Shown here piece by piece: positions 13,269 to 13,303 of a stretch of DNA of 13,303 nt (positions within the stretch are counted from its first letter, which is position 1; every line of letters begins with the position of its first letter). The translations under genes and the position numbers were made by a program. Below the pieces are notes generated by a model. It worked only from the letters and a program-made list of their open reading frames with translations, had not been told where the DNA came from and made no database searches. This stretch comes from a virus, in IMG/VR virus record IMGVR_UViG_3300045988_118235. One strand, 5' to 3'.

Positions 13269-13303
13269 TAATTCCCATCTAGCAGGGGGGGGTATTTATA
13301 TTT
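13269..13303. repeat. Right inverted terminal repeat (35 bp)
   Basis: It is the exact reverse complement of bases 1-35. Confidence 0.9.

Noticed and set aside
1-13303. An alternative genetic code in which TGA encodes Trp (Mollicutes-type), suggested by the AT-richness, the missing lysin and the backed-up TGA stops.
   Set aside because: Standard-code ORFs tile the genome without any internal TGA. Trp is encoded by TGG throughout, for example in the polymerase and capsid genes. TGA appears only at ORF ends.
1-13303. tRNA genes, CRISPR arrays, integrase or repressor (lysogeny) genes, and transposase or IS elements.
   Set aside because: No cloverleaf-capable GC-containing segments, no repeat-spacer periodicity and no recombinase-like ORFs are visible. 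The genome appears to be that of a strictly lytic, free linear phage.

Overview
The window looks like a complete linear genome of 13,303 bp from a very small phi29-like podophage that replicates by protein priming. It is bounded by perfect 35-bp inverted terminal repeats (1-35 and 13269-13303). The sequence is AT-rich, uses the standard genetic code and has strong GGAGG-type Shine-Dalgarno sites, which suggests a low-GC Gram-positive-type host. All credible genes lie on the + strand and are tightly packed, with several ATGA or short overlaps. From left to right the layout is as follows. (1) An AT-rich origin region carries TACTA-type repeats. (2) Two near-identical sigma-A-type promoter and leader cassettes (TTGACA-17-TATAAT) each drive a small early gene. 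(3) About ten small early ORFs follow, including a 3-4 member paralog family and a gene interrupted at an A_AAA_AAG slippery site. (4) The replication module holds an SSB-like protein ending in DDLPF, a putative terminal protein with two HMGA-type AT-hooks, and a family-B protein-primed DNA polymerase with all Exo and Pol motifs. (5) The packaging and virion module holds a gp16-like ATPase, a small membrane protein, the portal (upper collar), a lower-collar-like protein, the major capsid protein followed by a terminator, and a 600-aa gp9-like tail knob followed by a terminator. I could not recognise an endolysin, tail fibre or appendage, integrase, tRNA, CRISPR array or pRNA-like RNA. Every function here is inferred from motifs read by eye and from synteny. 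No database search was possible.
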